DNA of 45,085 bases from a virus (lineage: Duplodnaviria > Caudoviricetes): positions 1 through 45,085 of IMG/VR virus record IMGVR_UViG_3300038679_000166. One strand, 5' to 3'. This document shows positions 16,268 to 25,798 of this stretch, piece after piece; position 1 is the stretch's first letter; each line of letters opens with the position of its first letter. Below the pieces are notes generated by a model that saw only the letters and a list, made by a program, of their open reading frames with translations, ran no database searches and was not told the origin of the DNA. The position numbers and the translations under genes are program-made.

Positions 16268-17146
16268 TTACGAATGTTTCGTTATCTTCACCACCGTGTA
16301 AACCTCATTTCTGCCCGATCCGGACGCGCGCCCGAGGCCGTTGTCAGGCTGGCCGGTGGCACAATAGTGGACGATCCGGTACCGGTGCGCCGCATTGCTT
16401 ACCGTGAGTAGCCCCTGGAGAACGCTCCTGCACGCCCCGTAGGTGCCGTGGGCATACTCCGACGTGCCGATCAGCTCGTACGTGGAGGTATCTACGTTGT
16501 ACAGGCATGCCTGGTGCTCTCCTGCCTGGTGGGCGGGAGCGGAGGCCTCGATATAGTACGTGCCCACCGCAAGGGAGAACATGCTGCTGGCCAGGCTGCA
16601 CCAGTCACCATACCCCGATATGCCGGTGAGGGTGTTGAGCGTCCTGTTGTGGTATGTTCCCCCGGTGGTTGTTCCGCCATGAACGGTTGTGGCCTTCACG
16701 TCGCTGATGAGCGCCCACGGGAGCACCGCGCCTCCCAGGATGGCGTTGACCTCGGCGGCGGTCAGGGCCGCGATGTTTCCGCCGGTCTTGCGCCCCAGGA
16801 TCCTCTGCTCTGCCACGGCAACTGCTGCCGGCGTGTTGTCGGACATTGCCGCCAGGATCGTGTTCGCGTCGAAGAGGGCCTTTGTCACGTAGCCGATGAC
16901 ATCGAGCGCCCCTGTGGTGATGTTGACGCTCAGGATGGACACCCAGCCGGCGGTCACGGTGTAGCGTTTGAGGATCTCCGGGTTCGCGCTGTTGTCCCAC
17001 CAGAGCATTCCTTCGTACGGTGCGGGCGGGGCGGGGGCCCCCCGGTTCATGGAGCCCAGCGCCGCGAACGCTGCCTCCAGGACGGTGGCAAGGGACGCCA
17101 TCTGGAGCGGTGATGTGGGGATGGTGAAATCATCAACTTGACTCAT
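16268..17146 (-). CDS. Tail fibre or fibre-adaptor protein
   Basis: AALGSMNRG..P..PYEGMLWWD N-terminus, typical of genes that follow gpJ, and a beta-sandwich C-terminus. Confidence 0.65.
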   Translation of the reverse strand: MSQVDDFTIPTSPLQMASLATVLEAAFAALGSMNRGAPAPPAPYEGMLWWDNSANPEILKRYTVTAGWVSILSVNITTGALDVIGYVTKALFDANTILAAMSDNTPAAVAVAEQRILGRKTGGNIAALTAAEVNAILGGAVLPWALISDVKATTVHGGTTTGGTYHNRTLNTLTGISGYGDWCSLASSMFSLAVGTYYIEASAPAHQAGEHQACLYNVDTSTYELIGTSEYAHGTYGACRSVLQGLLTVSNAAHRYRIVHYCATGQPDNGLGRASGSGRNEVYTVVKITKHS

Positions 17147-17147
17147 G

Positions 17148-17320
17148 TTTCCTCCTTCGTCGGAAAGCAGGTGAAAGGTTAAAGGCTAAAGGTGAAAGGT
17201 TAAAGGTAAAAGGCAAAAGGCAAAAGGCAAAAGGTTTAAACCTTGGACCTTGTTCCTTGCACCTTTCCCCTTGCACCTTGCCCCTTGCCCCTTGCACCTT
17301 TTACCTTTCCCCTTCTTTTC
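17148..17320. repeat. AAGG-heptamer hairpin element with RBS cassette
   Basis: Nine NNAAAGG units, centre AAGGTTTAAACCTT, about eleven CCTT(G/T)NN units. The first 46 bp match 26102-26147 with one mismatch. Confidence 0.9.
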
Positions 17321-17465
17321 TATGCTGTGGGACGCGCGAGACCTTCCGGACCTGCGCCCCCCGGATCTTTGCCGGGCTGCTCTTTTTGGTGACAACGACC
17401 GGGCTTTTCCCCGGCTGTTCTTTTCTTCCATCTTCCATCTTCCCGCTTCCCTCAGTCTTTCTCAT
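17301..17465 (-). CDS. Small basic ORF embedded among repeats
   Basis: AGGAGG RBS abutting the REP at 17481-17512. Confidence 0.35.
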   Translation of the reverse strand: MRKTEGSGKMEDGRKEQPGKSPVVVTKKSSPAKIRGAQVRKVSRVPQHRKEGER

Positions 17466-17584
17466 AATACTAACCTCCTGGATTGCCACGTCGCTTCGCT
17501 CCTCGCAATGACAGTTTGTTTAGTTTTTGCTTCCCTCTTCCGAGCGAGCACCGCGAGCGGTCTTCCATCTTCCCTCTGCTGTTT

Positions 17585-20500
17585 TCATATGTCTTCCTCT
17601 CCGTATCCCCTGGCGACGCCGGATATGGTCCGGGCAACGCCGGAGCTTCCGTTGGTAAACGCTATGGTGAACCCGGTTCGCGTGAGGCCCGTGATGGTAT
17701 ACCCGTCGCCTTCCGCTCCGTTGGCCACGCTGATGCCCACCGATGGAGCGGCAAAAAAGGGCGGGTCAAACGACACTGCCGTTCCCCCGATCTCCACTGC
17801 CTGGTCAAAGGGGTGGACGCGGTCGGCCATGTCGATGTAAATGTCGATAGCCTCCAGAATCGGCGTGAGGGTTTCCACCACCGTCCACAGCCGCGCACGG
17901 AACTGGAACGCCCGGGCGGTGTAGTCGCCCACGAGAACCCGCTGCCACTCCGACCAGGTAGGCGTGCCGTCCGGGTCGTCAGCGGTGAAGCGCATCTCAA
18001 GGTCAATGCCGCAGGCCCCTTCCACCGCCCCGTAGAGGTCCGACGAATCGTACAGGTCTGCCAGGTCGTAGAGGTCGGAAAGGATGTCGGCGGACGATGT
18101 GGTCATGGAGGCATAGACGCGGGACGTGTAGACCCCTTCGAGGTCTACGGTGTCGGAGAAGGTGTAGGTGCCCTCCGCGAGCGCTACGGCCTCCGTGGTC
18201 TGGTCGGCGAATTCGGTGTCGGCGGTATCCTCAAACTCGGTTGTGTCGTCCTCGAAGGTAAGGTCGGCCCCGTAGGTGCCTTCCGGCGTGAGGGTGAGGG
18301 TAATGCCGCCCAGTTCCGCGTCGTAATCCGCGTTGTCGCCGGTTCCGTCCCATGCGCCGTCGGGCAGCTCCAGGAGTTCCGCGTTCGTGAACCCCGTGAT
18401 GTGGGACACGTTCGCCAGAGCGATCGTGGCGGTTGCGCTTTCGATGCCCCGGTGGTCGACCGCCTTGATAAGGTAGGAGCCGATCATGGCAGGGGCCGTT
18501 ATATGGGTGGCGGGCTTGCCCACCCGCTCGACGATGTCGATGGAGTCGCCCCACGTTGCGCCGGTGAGTAACGCGGACCAGCGGATCCGGTAGTGGGAGA
18601 GGTCGATGTCGGTCACGGGCAGCCACGAGAGGTGGGCCTCTGATCCCACGATATTGCAGGCGAAGTATTCCACGTTCGAGGGCGGTTCGGCCTGGCCGAT
18701 GACGGTGTGGGAGACGGCCCCGCTCCAGGCTCCGTATATGCCGTAGACGCTGACGGCCTGGGCCTGGATGGTGTAGTTTTCCGCCTCTTCCACCTCGGTG
18801 AGGACGGCGGTGGGGTTGTCGACAGGGGCTTCTGCGTAGTCCCACATGGCGGAGCCGGTCACCTTGTAGCGGACGCGGTAGTGGTCTATCCGGACGGGCG
18901 CATCGGCGCACACGCAGGCGGCAAGAATGCGGGCGCGGAACTGGCCGTCGGTTGTTACCTCCAGCGCGGAGGTGCCTGACCTGACCGATACGATGGACGG
19001 CGTGGCCGGCGGGATATCGGTGATGTTCCCGATAGGGGTAATGTGGGTGTCAAACTCAGGGATCGTGCCGGTGTCCGCATCGTAGATTGCATCCGCCACG
19101 TCCACCAGTTCAAGTTGGGCCGTGAGGTCGGACGACGCGTGGATGGCTTTCACCAGGCACTCTGCTGTCTCCAGGGTGATGGTTCCGATAATGCAGAGAT
19201 CTCCCACGGCAGGTGCGGATGCCAGGGCAACGGGCGTTGCAAAGGTGACCGTGGTGTAGTCCCCGGCGTCGCCGGTGGTGATGTTTTCCAAAAGGCTGGT
19301 GTTGCCGGAGTCCGACATGCGGACGCGGATCACGTACTGGCTGACGCCGTCGACCGTGTAGGCCTCGTCGAGCTCCAGCGCCGTGACGTTTGTTCCCCCG
19401 CCGTCCAGGGTGCGGCCCGTGATCCTGCCCCACTTTGTGCCCCACATGGGGACATCGTGGGAGACGCGGACGCGGGACCCCCGCGTGCAGACGAGGTGCT
19501 CGAAGTCCATGGACAGTGTGTAGACCTCGGGGCGAAGCCGCGCCTGGGCTATGTGGTAGCGCCCGAACTTCCAGACCAGGTCAGGGTGGGTGATGCCGGG
19601 GAGGCTGATGGACTCGAACTGGGTTGCGGTGTCCTCGTCGTAGCCGTCGTCATAGACGATGCGCTCGTCGTCGGCGTACCCGTTCAATTCGTTCTTGAAC
19701 TTGATGCGGAACCCGTGGGGGCGGTTGTACAGCATCTTCTGGGCGGAGAACCCCCACGAGTTGCGGGGGGTGATGTGCTGCATGACCGGGGTGCCCTCGT
19801 GGTCGTAGACAACGCCCCAGGTCCCGTCGGACAGCGACGGCGACCCGCGGCCGGCAGCGGCTATGTCTGCCAGACACTCCCAGACGGACGAGACGGAGTC
19901 GCGCACCATGTTGAACTCGTAGCCGGCGGTATCGCAGAACGTGTACCACTCTCCGAGTATGGCGTCGTTGATCTGGGCGGCGGTGCGTGCCCGTGCGTTC
20001 GCCGGGTGCATGAGGACCATCCGGAAGAGCGCGGCGGGGTTTTTCTCGACCTGCTCCCCGGTCCATTCATCCCCGTCCCAGGGCGTTGCGTAGGAGCTGA
20101 CAACGCCGTTTAACGAGCTGATAACGCCGTTTAACTGATCAGACGCCTTGATACGGATGGCAGTCATGGCGAGGTCGGCCGGAAAGCTCACCGGGTGGGC
20201 GTTGAAGATGGAGCGCAGGTTTGTCCAGAAAAGCGTATCGTAGGTCTTGGGGTCGGCCACGTCGGTGCCGTTGCGGGTTACGGCGACCTCATAGGTCTTG
20301 GTGGGGTCCACCGCCCACCGGTACCCGAACCGGAGGGTCTTTGTGGTCTTTTCCCGGAGGACAAACTCGTACTGCATTATCCAGTCAGCCGCGCCCACTT
20401 CCCGGTAGTAGACGCCGGCCCACATTTTGCACCTTATGAGCCATGATGAGGAATCGTCCCAGGCCGTGCGGGCGAGCCCGGTGGGGAACATGATGTCCAC

Positions 20501-21370
20501 GGACAGCTCGTCAGCCCCGGATTCCGCCTGGCGGATAACGGTGCGCCACGCTGCCATGGTAAGCTCAAGGTTGATGGACTGCTGGACCACCGTGTCCGGG
20601 ATCAGGGTGAGGTCCGCGTCGGTGGATCTGCCCTCCTTGGTCTCGATCTCGTAATCCGTATACTCCGTGAGGAGGGTGTCGCCGATCTTTATATCCTCGA
20701 TCTTGAGCGGGCCATAGCCCCAGACGAAGAGCATGCGGAGGTATTCGTCGTTGCCCACAATTTCCGTGTAGGGGAGGGCGCCGTAGAGGGGATACATGCG
20801 GTGCGTCCCGAGGACGACCGGGACAGGGCCGAAGGGGTTGGCCGAATTGCTCCCGCCGGTGATGCCGTAGGTGGCGTCCTCTTTCTTGCGCAGCGCGGTG
20901 GATGTCTCCGTCCGGATGGGTGCGATAGCGTTCACCAGGATCATGCCGGCGGTCATGGCTGCGGTCTGAATAAGAGCTATGCCGACATTCGCCGTCGTTC
21001 CGATCTGCGCGGCAAAAGCGGGGCCGTATGCCTGCCCGGTCATAATGGACGCCACCACGACGGCGACCATGAGCAAGGTGCGGGTGATGTCCATGTTCCC
21101 GCCGTTGTGCAGCGCGTGGTAGACGCAGACGTGCTGGTCGGGAAGGGGAACCGTATCCCATTTTTCAGGAGGAAGTGGCTCTCCGTTTACTTCAACGAAA
21201 TAAGGTTCAAGGTTCAAGGTGCAAGGTTCAAGGTTTAACCTTTCCCCTTTAACCTTTTGCCTTTTTCCTGTCGCCGCAATGATTATGTCGCGGATTGTTG
21301 CACCCGCCGAAACCTGCACAATGCGGGGAGAAACAAACGGTAACGGCGATACGGTGACGGGCCTATTCAT
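17585..21370 (-). CDS. Tail tip / host-specificity protein (gpI-like N-terminus fused to gpJ-like body, FN3 domains)
   Basis: PFGPVPVVLGTHRM, WGYGPL.I..IKIGDT, NPAALFR, FN3-like segments. 1261 aa, following NlpC. Confidence 0.85.
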   Translation of the reverse strand: MNRPVTVSPLPFVSPRIVQVSAGATIRDIIIAATGKRQKVKGERLNLEPCTLNLEPYFVEVNGEPLPPEKWDTVPLPDQHVCVYHALHNGGNMDITRTLLMVAVVVASIMTGQAYGPAFAAQIGTTANVGIALIQTAAMTAGMILVNAIAPIRTETSTALRKKEDATYGITGGSNSANPFGPVPVVLGTHRMYPLYGALPYTEIVGNDEYLRMLFVWGYGPLKIEDIKIGDTLLTEYTDYEIETKEGRSTDADLTLIPDTVVQQSINLELTMAAWRTVIRQAESGADELSVDIMFPTGLARTAWDDSSSWLIRCKMWAGVYYREVGAADWIMQYEFVLREKTTKTLRFGYRWAVDPTKTYEVAVTRNGTDVADPKTYDTLFWTNLRSIFNAHPVSFPADLAMTAIRIKASDQLNGVISSLNGVVSSYATPWDGDEWTGEQVEKNPAALFRMVLMHPANARARTAAQINDAILGEWYTFCDTAGYEFNMVRDSVSSVWECLADIAAAGRGSPSLSDGTWGVVYDHEGTPVMQHITPRNSWGFSAQKMLYNRPHGFRIKFKNELNGYADDERIVYDDGYDEDTATQFESISLPGITHPDLVWKFGRYHIAQARLRPEVYTLSMDFEHLVCTRGSRVRVSHDVPMWGTKWGRITGRTLDGGGTNVTALELDEAYTVDGVSQYVIRVRMSDSGNTSLLENITTGDAGDYTTVTFATPVALASAPAVGDLCIIGTITLETAECLVKAIHASSDLTAQLELVDVADAIYDADTGTIPEFDTHITPIGNITDIPPATPSIVSVRSGTSALEVTTDGQFRARILAACVCADAPVRIDHYRVRYKVTGSAMWDYAEAPVDNPTAVLTEVEEAENYTIQAQAVSVYGIYGAWSGAVSHTVIGQAEPPSNVEYFACNIVGSEAHLSWLPVTDIDLSHYRIRWSALLTGATWGDSIDIVERVGKPATHITAPAMIGSYLIKAVDHRGIESATATIALANVSHITGFTNAELLELPDGAWDGTGDNADYDAELGGITLTLTPEGTYGADLTFEDDTTEFEDTADTEFADQTTEAVALAEGTYTFSDTVDLEGVYTSRVYASMTTSSADILSDLYDLADLYDSSDLYGAVEGACGIDLEMRFTADDPDGTPTWSEWQRVLVGDYTARAFQFRARLWTVVETLTPILEAIDIYIDMADRVHPFDQAVEIGGTAVSFDPPFFAAPSVGISVANGAEGDGYTITGLTRTGFTIAFTNGSSGVARTISGVARGYGEEDI
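21201..21269. repeat. AAGG-heptamer hairpin element in frame inside the tail tip gene
   Basis: Centre AAGGTTTAACCTT. Encodes GKRQKVKGERLNLEPCTLNLEP. Confidence 0.9.
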
Positions 21371-21896
21371 GCGCTCTCCAATAAAAGCCTATTACCCTGT
21401 CTTTCCACAGAAGGCCGGCGTAGTCCTCGACGCAGCTATTGATCCCTTCCGTGATGTGGAGCATTCGCCGGGAATCGATGACGACGCCCACGTGGCTCGG
21501 TACCCCTTTTGTCCGGAGAAGCACCACGTCAAAGGGCTGGGGCGATTCATAGGGTGACCTGCGCTCCCACAATGCCCGTTCCTTATCCATCATCTTTGCC
21601 CGCCTGAGCATGGTGGCTACCGAACCGTCGGTGAACATCCCCCGGTAATCGGGCAGGAGAATGCCAAGCTGATCCATATAGACCATCCATACGAGGCCCC
21701 AGCAGTCCACGCCGGCCTTGTCGCGGCCATCATAGAGGAAAGGGATGTCGATGTAGGCGTTCGTCCATGTAATAGGAGGAGCAAGGTTAAAGGTTAAAGG
21801 TACAAGGTCAAAGGGGCAAGGTTCAAAGTTTAAACCTTTAGCCTTTAGCCTTTCTCCTTTCCCCTTTCCCCTTTCCCCTTTTGCCTGTAGTTTCAT
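21363..21896 (-). CDS. NlpC/P60 tail assembly protein (gpK-like)
   Basis: GRD..GVDCWGLV, SHVGVV and MLH motifs. The N-terminal ~38 aa are repeat-derived. Confidence 0.85.
   Translation of the reverse strand: MKLQAKGERGKGKGERLKAKGLNFEPCPFDLVPLTFNLAPPITWTNAYIDIPFLYDGRDKAGVDCWGLVWMVYMDQLGILLPDYRGMFTDGSVATMLRRAKMMDKERALWERRSPYESPQPFDVVLLRTKGVPSHVGVVIDSRRMLHITEGINSCVEDYAGLLWKDRVIGFYWRAHE
21781..21887. repeat. AAGG-heptamer hairpin element in frame at the NlpC N-terminus
   Basis: 21790-21852 is the exact reverse complement of 27422-27484. Confidence 0.9.
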
Positions 21897-22396
21897 TAAA
21901 ACAACCCCGGAAAAAATGCGGGCGAGAAGGTGCCGGACGGGAAGGGTTCGCGGTCGAGGGTCTCCAGGGAGAGGGTGCCCCTGACGATGAGGTCGTCATA
22001 GTAGATATGGGTGAGGAGAAACTCCGGCCAGGTTACCTCCACTGTGTCGGGGTCGTTATCAAGGACGAGCTCGACGGTGACCGTGGGCGGCGTGAAGAGG
22101 GACCGGATGATCTCCGTGTAGCCGCGGTCGATGTTGTCGAACTCGATGGTCATCTGACCGGGGCCCTCGTCGGTGTCGGAAGGTATCTGGATGCGCGGGG
22201 AGAGAAAGATGTAGGTGTTGCCCCGGCTTACCGTGCCATAGACGATGTTTGACTCGTACTCGCGGATCCGCCCGGTGGGGTCGCTGGAGATCAGGATCGG
22301 TTCGAGGAGGTCGTCATGGTCGATGGTGATGAGCGCGATGATGACGCGGTCGGTCTCGGCAGCGTAGGCCGCCTGACGGAAATTTAACGATGGCAT
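21896..22396 (-). CDS. DUF1833-like tail protein (gpL position)
   Basis: ALITIDH..L.EPI, IEFDNIDR, EPFPSGTFSPAFFPGLF. Confidence 0.8.
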   Translation of the reverse strand: MPSLNFRQAAYAAETDRVIIALITIDHDDLLEPILISSDPTGRIREYESNIVYGTVSRGNTYIFLSPRIQIPSDTDEGPGQMTIEFDNIDRGYTEIIRSLFTPPTVTVELVLDNDPDTVEVTWPEFLLTHIYYDDLIVRGTLSLETLDREPFPSGTFSPAFFPGLF

Positions 22397-22413
22397 GGCT
22401 CACTCCGTTCGCG

Positions 22414-22507
22414 GGAACAAGGTTCAAGGTTCAAGGTGAAAGGGGCAAGGGGCAAGGAACAAGGTACAAGGTTTAACCTTTCTCCTTTAACCTTTAACCT
22501 TTCACCT
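22414..22507. repeat. AAGG-heptamer hairpin element (intergenic)
   Basis: NNCAAGG arm, centre AAGGTTTAACCTT, CCTTT arm. Confidence 0.9.
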
Positions 22508-22514
22508 GTTTTTA

Positions 22515-23297
22515 TCACGGCAATATCTCCATCTTCATGCTTATCCTGATGTTCAGGGGGTCGATAGGCGTCAGGATCGGCGGCTCGGTGAAGCGCATCT
22601 CGACAACGCCGGTGGTGATATCGACGAGGGAGACCTCGTCGAACAGCATGGTTCCGGCGGTGTCAGATGCCTTGTAAACGTGGAGCTGATTGCAGGTGTC
22701 CGTGACGGTAAACGATAAATGATGGTGCGCCCAGGCTGCCCGCGACGTGCCTGTGAGCTGGTGCCTGTTTTCGACGCCGTTTTCGTTGATGTTGACGATA
22801 AAGGATTCGTCGCCTGATGTGCCGGTGAGCGCATAGATGCCAAGAGAATACTCATGGGCAAGGGTGAGGGAGATTGCCTGATCGATGCCCTGATATGTTC
22901 CGTCATCCCGCGATATCTGCACACAGTTCCCGTACATCCCCCCTGACACTATTGAGGCTGTGGTGTCCGCGGAGGGGTTTTCGCTCCACCCTGTTATAAC
23001 GCTGTCGAACCCGCCGTTGGTAAGGAGGTTGGTGAGTTCGGTGTCGGAAAATGGGTCTACCCACCCGAAGCGCAAAGCGCCTCCCATGAGAACGTTGTAG
23101 TACCAGGCGCGGAAAAACACGAGCTGGGCAGGGGTGACGACGATCTCTCCGGAAATGGGCCGGGGGGCTGCGGTGAACCGTCGCCTGGCCTTTGCCGGAC
23201 CTGCGTCCATCTGGGTGCGGAGCACCTGGTCGGCGAATTGCTCGCCGTATCCGGATATCAAAAGCTGCTGAGGCAATATGCCGGGCCAGAGTATCAT
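22515..23297 (-). CDS. Distal tail protein (gpM-like) with an inserted carbohydrate-binding module
   Basis: RTQMDAGPAKARRRFTA..LMGGALRFGW.DP, then an insert NLLTNGGFD...FDEVSL, then RFTEPP. Confidence 0.75.
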   Translation of the reverse strand: MILWPGILPQQLLISGYGEQFADQVLRTQMDAGPAKARRRFTAAPRPISGEIVVTPAQLVFFRAWYYNVLMGGALRFGWVDPFSDTELTNLLTNGGFDSVITGWSENPSADTTASIVSGGMYGNCVQISRDDGTYQGIDQAISLTLAHEYSLGIYALTGTSGDESFIVNINENGVENRHQLTGTSRAAWAHHHLSFTVTDTCNQLHVYKASDTAGTMLFDEVSLVDITTGVVEMRFTEPPILTPIDPLNIRISMKMEILP

Positions 23298-23317
23298 AAT
23301 TGCACCCGGGCGATTAT

Positions 23318-23408
23318 GAAGGTTAAAGGATAAAGGTGAAAGGCTAAAGGTTTAAAACCTTTCCCCTTGTACCTTTCCCCTTGTGCCTTTCTCCTTTCCC
23401 CTTTCATC
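23318..23408. repeat. AAGG-heptamer hairpin element (TMP/Dit junction)
   Basis: AAAGG arm, centre AAGGTTTAAAACCTT, CCTT arm. Confidence 0.9.
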
Positions 23409-25506
23409 TGTTCACCAGCCTTTGGGATGTTGTGAAGTTCTGCCGCATGACCTTGTTCGAGGATGACCCGAACTGGCCGAGCTTTGATGCAACCGCACGG
23501 TCGATCATCACGTCGAGCTCGATGCCGCCGTTGTTGTCCCGCGATTGCGTCGTAACCTCCGCGCCCGCGTTGTTGATGATGTTGATGACCGGGGCGCTGC
23601 CGGACCCGCTGCCGGATCCTCCGCCTGCTGCCGCGATGCTTTTCGCCGCGTGGACGTAGCCGCTGTTCTCGCCCATCATTAAAAACTGCCTGCCGCCGGT
23701 GCTGAGGATCTCCGGGGCGCCCCGCTCGTTGACCTCATAGAGCTTTCCGGGGGAAACCGCGCCGCCGAACGCCTTGCCGGGGCCGAACAGGTTACCGAGC
23801 CAGGAGCCGCCTGCGGCCGTGCTGATCGAATCAAAGAGGGGCTTTAGCATCTGCTGGTAGATGATCATCTTCATCATGTCGGCGATGATGGACTTGGCCA
23901 TGTCGGCAAAGGAGGTCTTGCCCTCCAGGGCAAAATCGACGATGGCGTCGGCCGAGTCCCTGCCCCATCCCTCGATGGCCCTCTGCAGGTCGCTCAGCTG
24001 GTCTTTCTGCGTCTTGGTCGCGCTCTCAAGCTCGTCCTTTGCCTTTTTCATGCCCAGCGTGTACTGATCCCATGTGATTGCGAAGCCGTCAAGGTACTCT
24101 TTTAGTTCCTTCACTCGCTCGTTATATTTCTCCTGGGGTGTAATAAGCTCCTCATTGATTGTCTTGATGCGCTGCATGCGGTCCATGGTTGACAGTACCG
24201 ATTCTGCGAGCTTCAGCTGTTCCTCTGACGCCCCCTGGATGGCGAGCTTGTAGAGGGTGGCGTCTTTCGCGCTCATGCCGAATATGGCCAGCTCCTGTTC
24301 CAGGGCAACGATCTCCTTGTCCAGGGCTTCCAGGAGTTTCTGCCGCTCGATGGCGTTGTTCTGGATGTTCTTCGTCATCGCCTCGGCTTCTATCCGCGTA
24401 TCCTCCATGGACTGCTTGTACTCGTAGTTTTTGGAGACAAGGGCGGCGATCTCCTGGCCCTTGGCCGAATCAAGGGTGACGCCCGCCTTTTGCAGGGCGT
24501 TGTATATATCCTGTTCTTTTTCCAGCCGCAGCAGCTGATCGTACTGGAATTTAAGGCTCTCCGTCACCTTCCGGATGGCGTCGGCCTGCTTTGCCGCATC
24601 ATCAGCCGCCTTCTTCCGGGCCTCCGCGTTTTTCAGGGAATCGGTGTAGGGGGTCTTCAGGGGGCCAAGACCTCCGTAGGGGCCTGGCATGTAGGTTTGG
24701 TTCATAGCGATGGTGCTCAGCTTTTCGTCGGCCTGTCTTCTGTTTGCCGCCCTGCCTTCCGCGCTGAACAGGTTCTTGATGATGGTTGCCACTTCGTATG
24801 CCTGGCCGATGACGCCGGCGATCTCTTTTCCCAGGGATTCCCAGAAATCTTTCGACGCGGCCTTTGCCCGCTGGAAGGCAAGGGACGTTTCGTCGAGGGT
24901 TCCGATGAGGGCCTTCTGGTTTGCCGTGTTCTCCATGATGACGCGAAACATGTCAACTTCTTCCCCGGCTTTCTTCGCCGAGTCCACGATCTCCATCTGG
25001 GCTTTCGTGATGAGGCCGTATTTTACGAGCGTCTTGGTCTTCATCATCTCGACGGCATCGACGATATCGGCAAACGCATCTCCCACATCCTCGCCCATGC
25101 GGATAGCAGCCACGGTCGAGATGTCCGCCAGCTTCGTGATCTGGTCCTGGGACAGCCCGCCGGTAATACCTTTCATCGCCTTCTGCATCAGGTCCGATTC
25201 GTCGACCGTCCCACGCGTAGCCTCTTTCAGGGCTTTCACCCAGGCATCGGCGTCGATCTGGAGGTTGTCCGTCGCATTCCTGAACGCGGTCTCCGCCTGG
25301 AGCGCCTTTGCGCCGATCTCAGCCAGGCCCTTGATGGCGCTAACCGAGGCGTATGCGCCCAGGATGCCCACTGCCCGCGTGGCGAGGGTGCGCATGGTCG
25401 CCATGCCGGAGCCCAGGTCGTTCACCGACTGCTTCGCCCGCTTGATTTCCGCCACGAGCTGGGTGGCGTCCGCCTGTATTTTGAGCTTTACGTTCGAATC
25501 AGGCAC
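23404..25506 (-). CDS. Tape measure protein
   Basis: Helical 700-aa ORF with a lambda-type C-terminal SFADMAKSIIADM, then AFGGAV..YEVNERGAPE and INIINN. Confidence 0.9.
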   Translation of the reverse strand: MPDSNVKLKIQADATQLVAEIKRAKQSVNDLGSGMATMRTLATRAVGILGAYASVSAIKGLAEIGAKALQAETAFRNATDNLQIDADAWVKALKEATRGTVDESDLMQKAMKGITGGLSQDQITKLADISTVAAIRMGEDVGDAFADIVDAVEMMKTKTLVKYGLITKAQMEIVDSAKKAGEEVDMFRVIMENTANQKALIGTLDETSLAFQRAKAASKDFWESLGKEIAGVIGQAYEVATIIKNLFSAEGRAANRRQADEKLSTIAMNQTYMPGPYGGLGPLKTPYTDSLKNAEARKKAADDAAKQADAIRKVTESLKFQYDQLLRLEKEQDIYNALQKAGVTLDSAKGQEIAALVSKNYEYKQSMEDTRIEAEAMTKNIQNNAIERQKLLEALDKEIVALEQELAIFGMSAKDATLYKLAIQGASEEQLKLAESVLSTMDRMQRIKTINEELITPQEKYNERVKELKEYLDGFAITWDQYTLGMKKAKDELESATKTQKDQLSDLQRAIEGWGRDSADAIVDFALEGKTSFADMAKSIIADMMKMIIYQQMLKPLFDSISTAAGGSWLGNLFGPGKAFGGAVSPGKLYEVNERGAPEILSTGGRQFLMMGENSGYVHAAKSIAAAGGGSGSGSGSAPVINIINNAGAEVTTQSRDNNGGIELDVMIDRAVASKLGQFGSSSNKVMRQNFTTSQRLVNR

Positions 25507-25798
25507 GTTTTCCCCTCATGCCGGCGTTGTGCGCCAGAAACAGGTCCTTTGATTTCTGCGCCACATGCGACGGCTGGATCCGGTTGTCTTTCCTGCTCAT
25601 CATGTCTTCCATCCTCGGCAGCTTCTTTGCCCTGGTGAGGGCTGCCAGTATCCACATCCTGCCGGTGCTGCCGTCGTGCAATGCGCCCATGGCGAGGCGC
25701 GTCAGGTACGGCGTCAAATCCCAGAAGTCTTTCGGCGAAATACCCGCCCGGACAGCCTCTTCAAACACTGCCACAGCCCACCCCCGGGAAGGTTTTTT
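25499..25798 (-). CDS. Tail assembly chaperone frameshift extension (gpT-like)
   Basis: The -1 frame after the slippery site reads PSRGWAVAVFEEAVRAGISPKDFWDLTPY. Confidence 0.75.
   Translation of the reverse strand, partial: KKPSRGWAVAVFEEAVRAGISPKDFWDLTPYLTRLAMGALHDGSTGRMWILAALTRAKKLPRMEDMMSRKDNRIQPSHVAQKSKDLFLAHNAGMRGKRA

Noticed and set aside
17170-17320. Heptamer arrays as CRISPR arrays or telomeric repeats
   Set aside because: There is no repeat-spacer structure and no cas gene. The arrays are internal, degenerate and arranged as inverted arms.
17186-17840. ORFs made mostly of translated repeats (17186-17431, 17250-17840; also 27264-27554, 27833-28051)
   Set aside because: Their peptides are heptamer translations with no independent support.
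10495-21370. Diversity-generating retroelement or invertase shufflon in the fibre region
   Set aside because: No reverse transcriptase, no adenine-specific TR/VR pair and no serine invertase were seen by eye.
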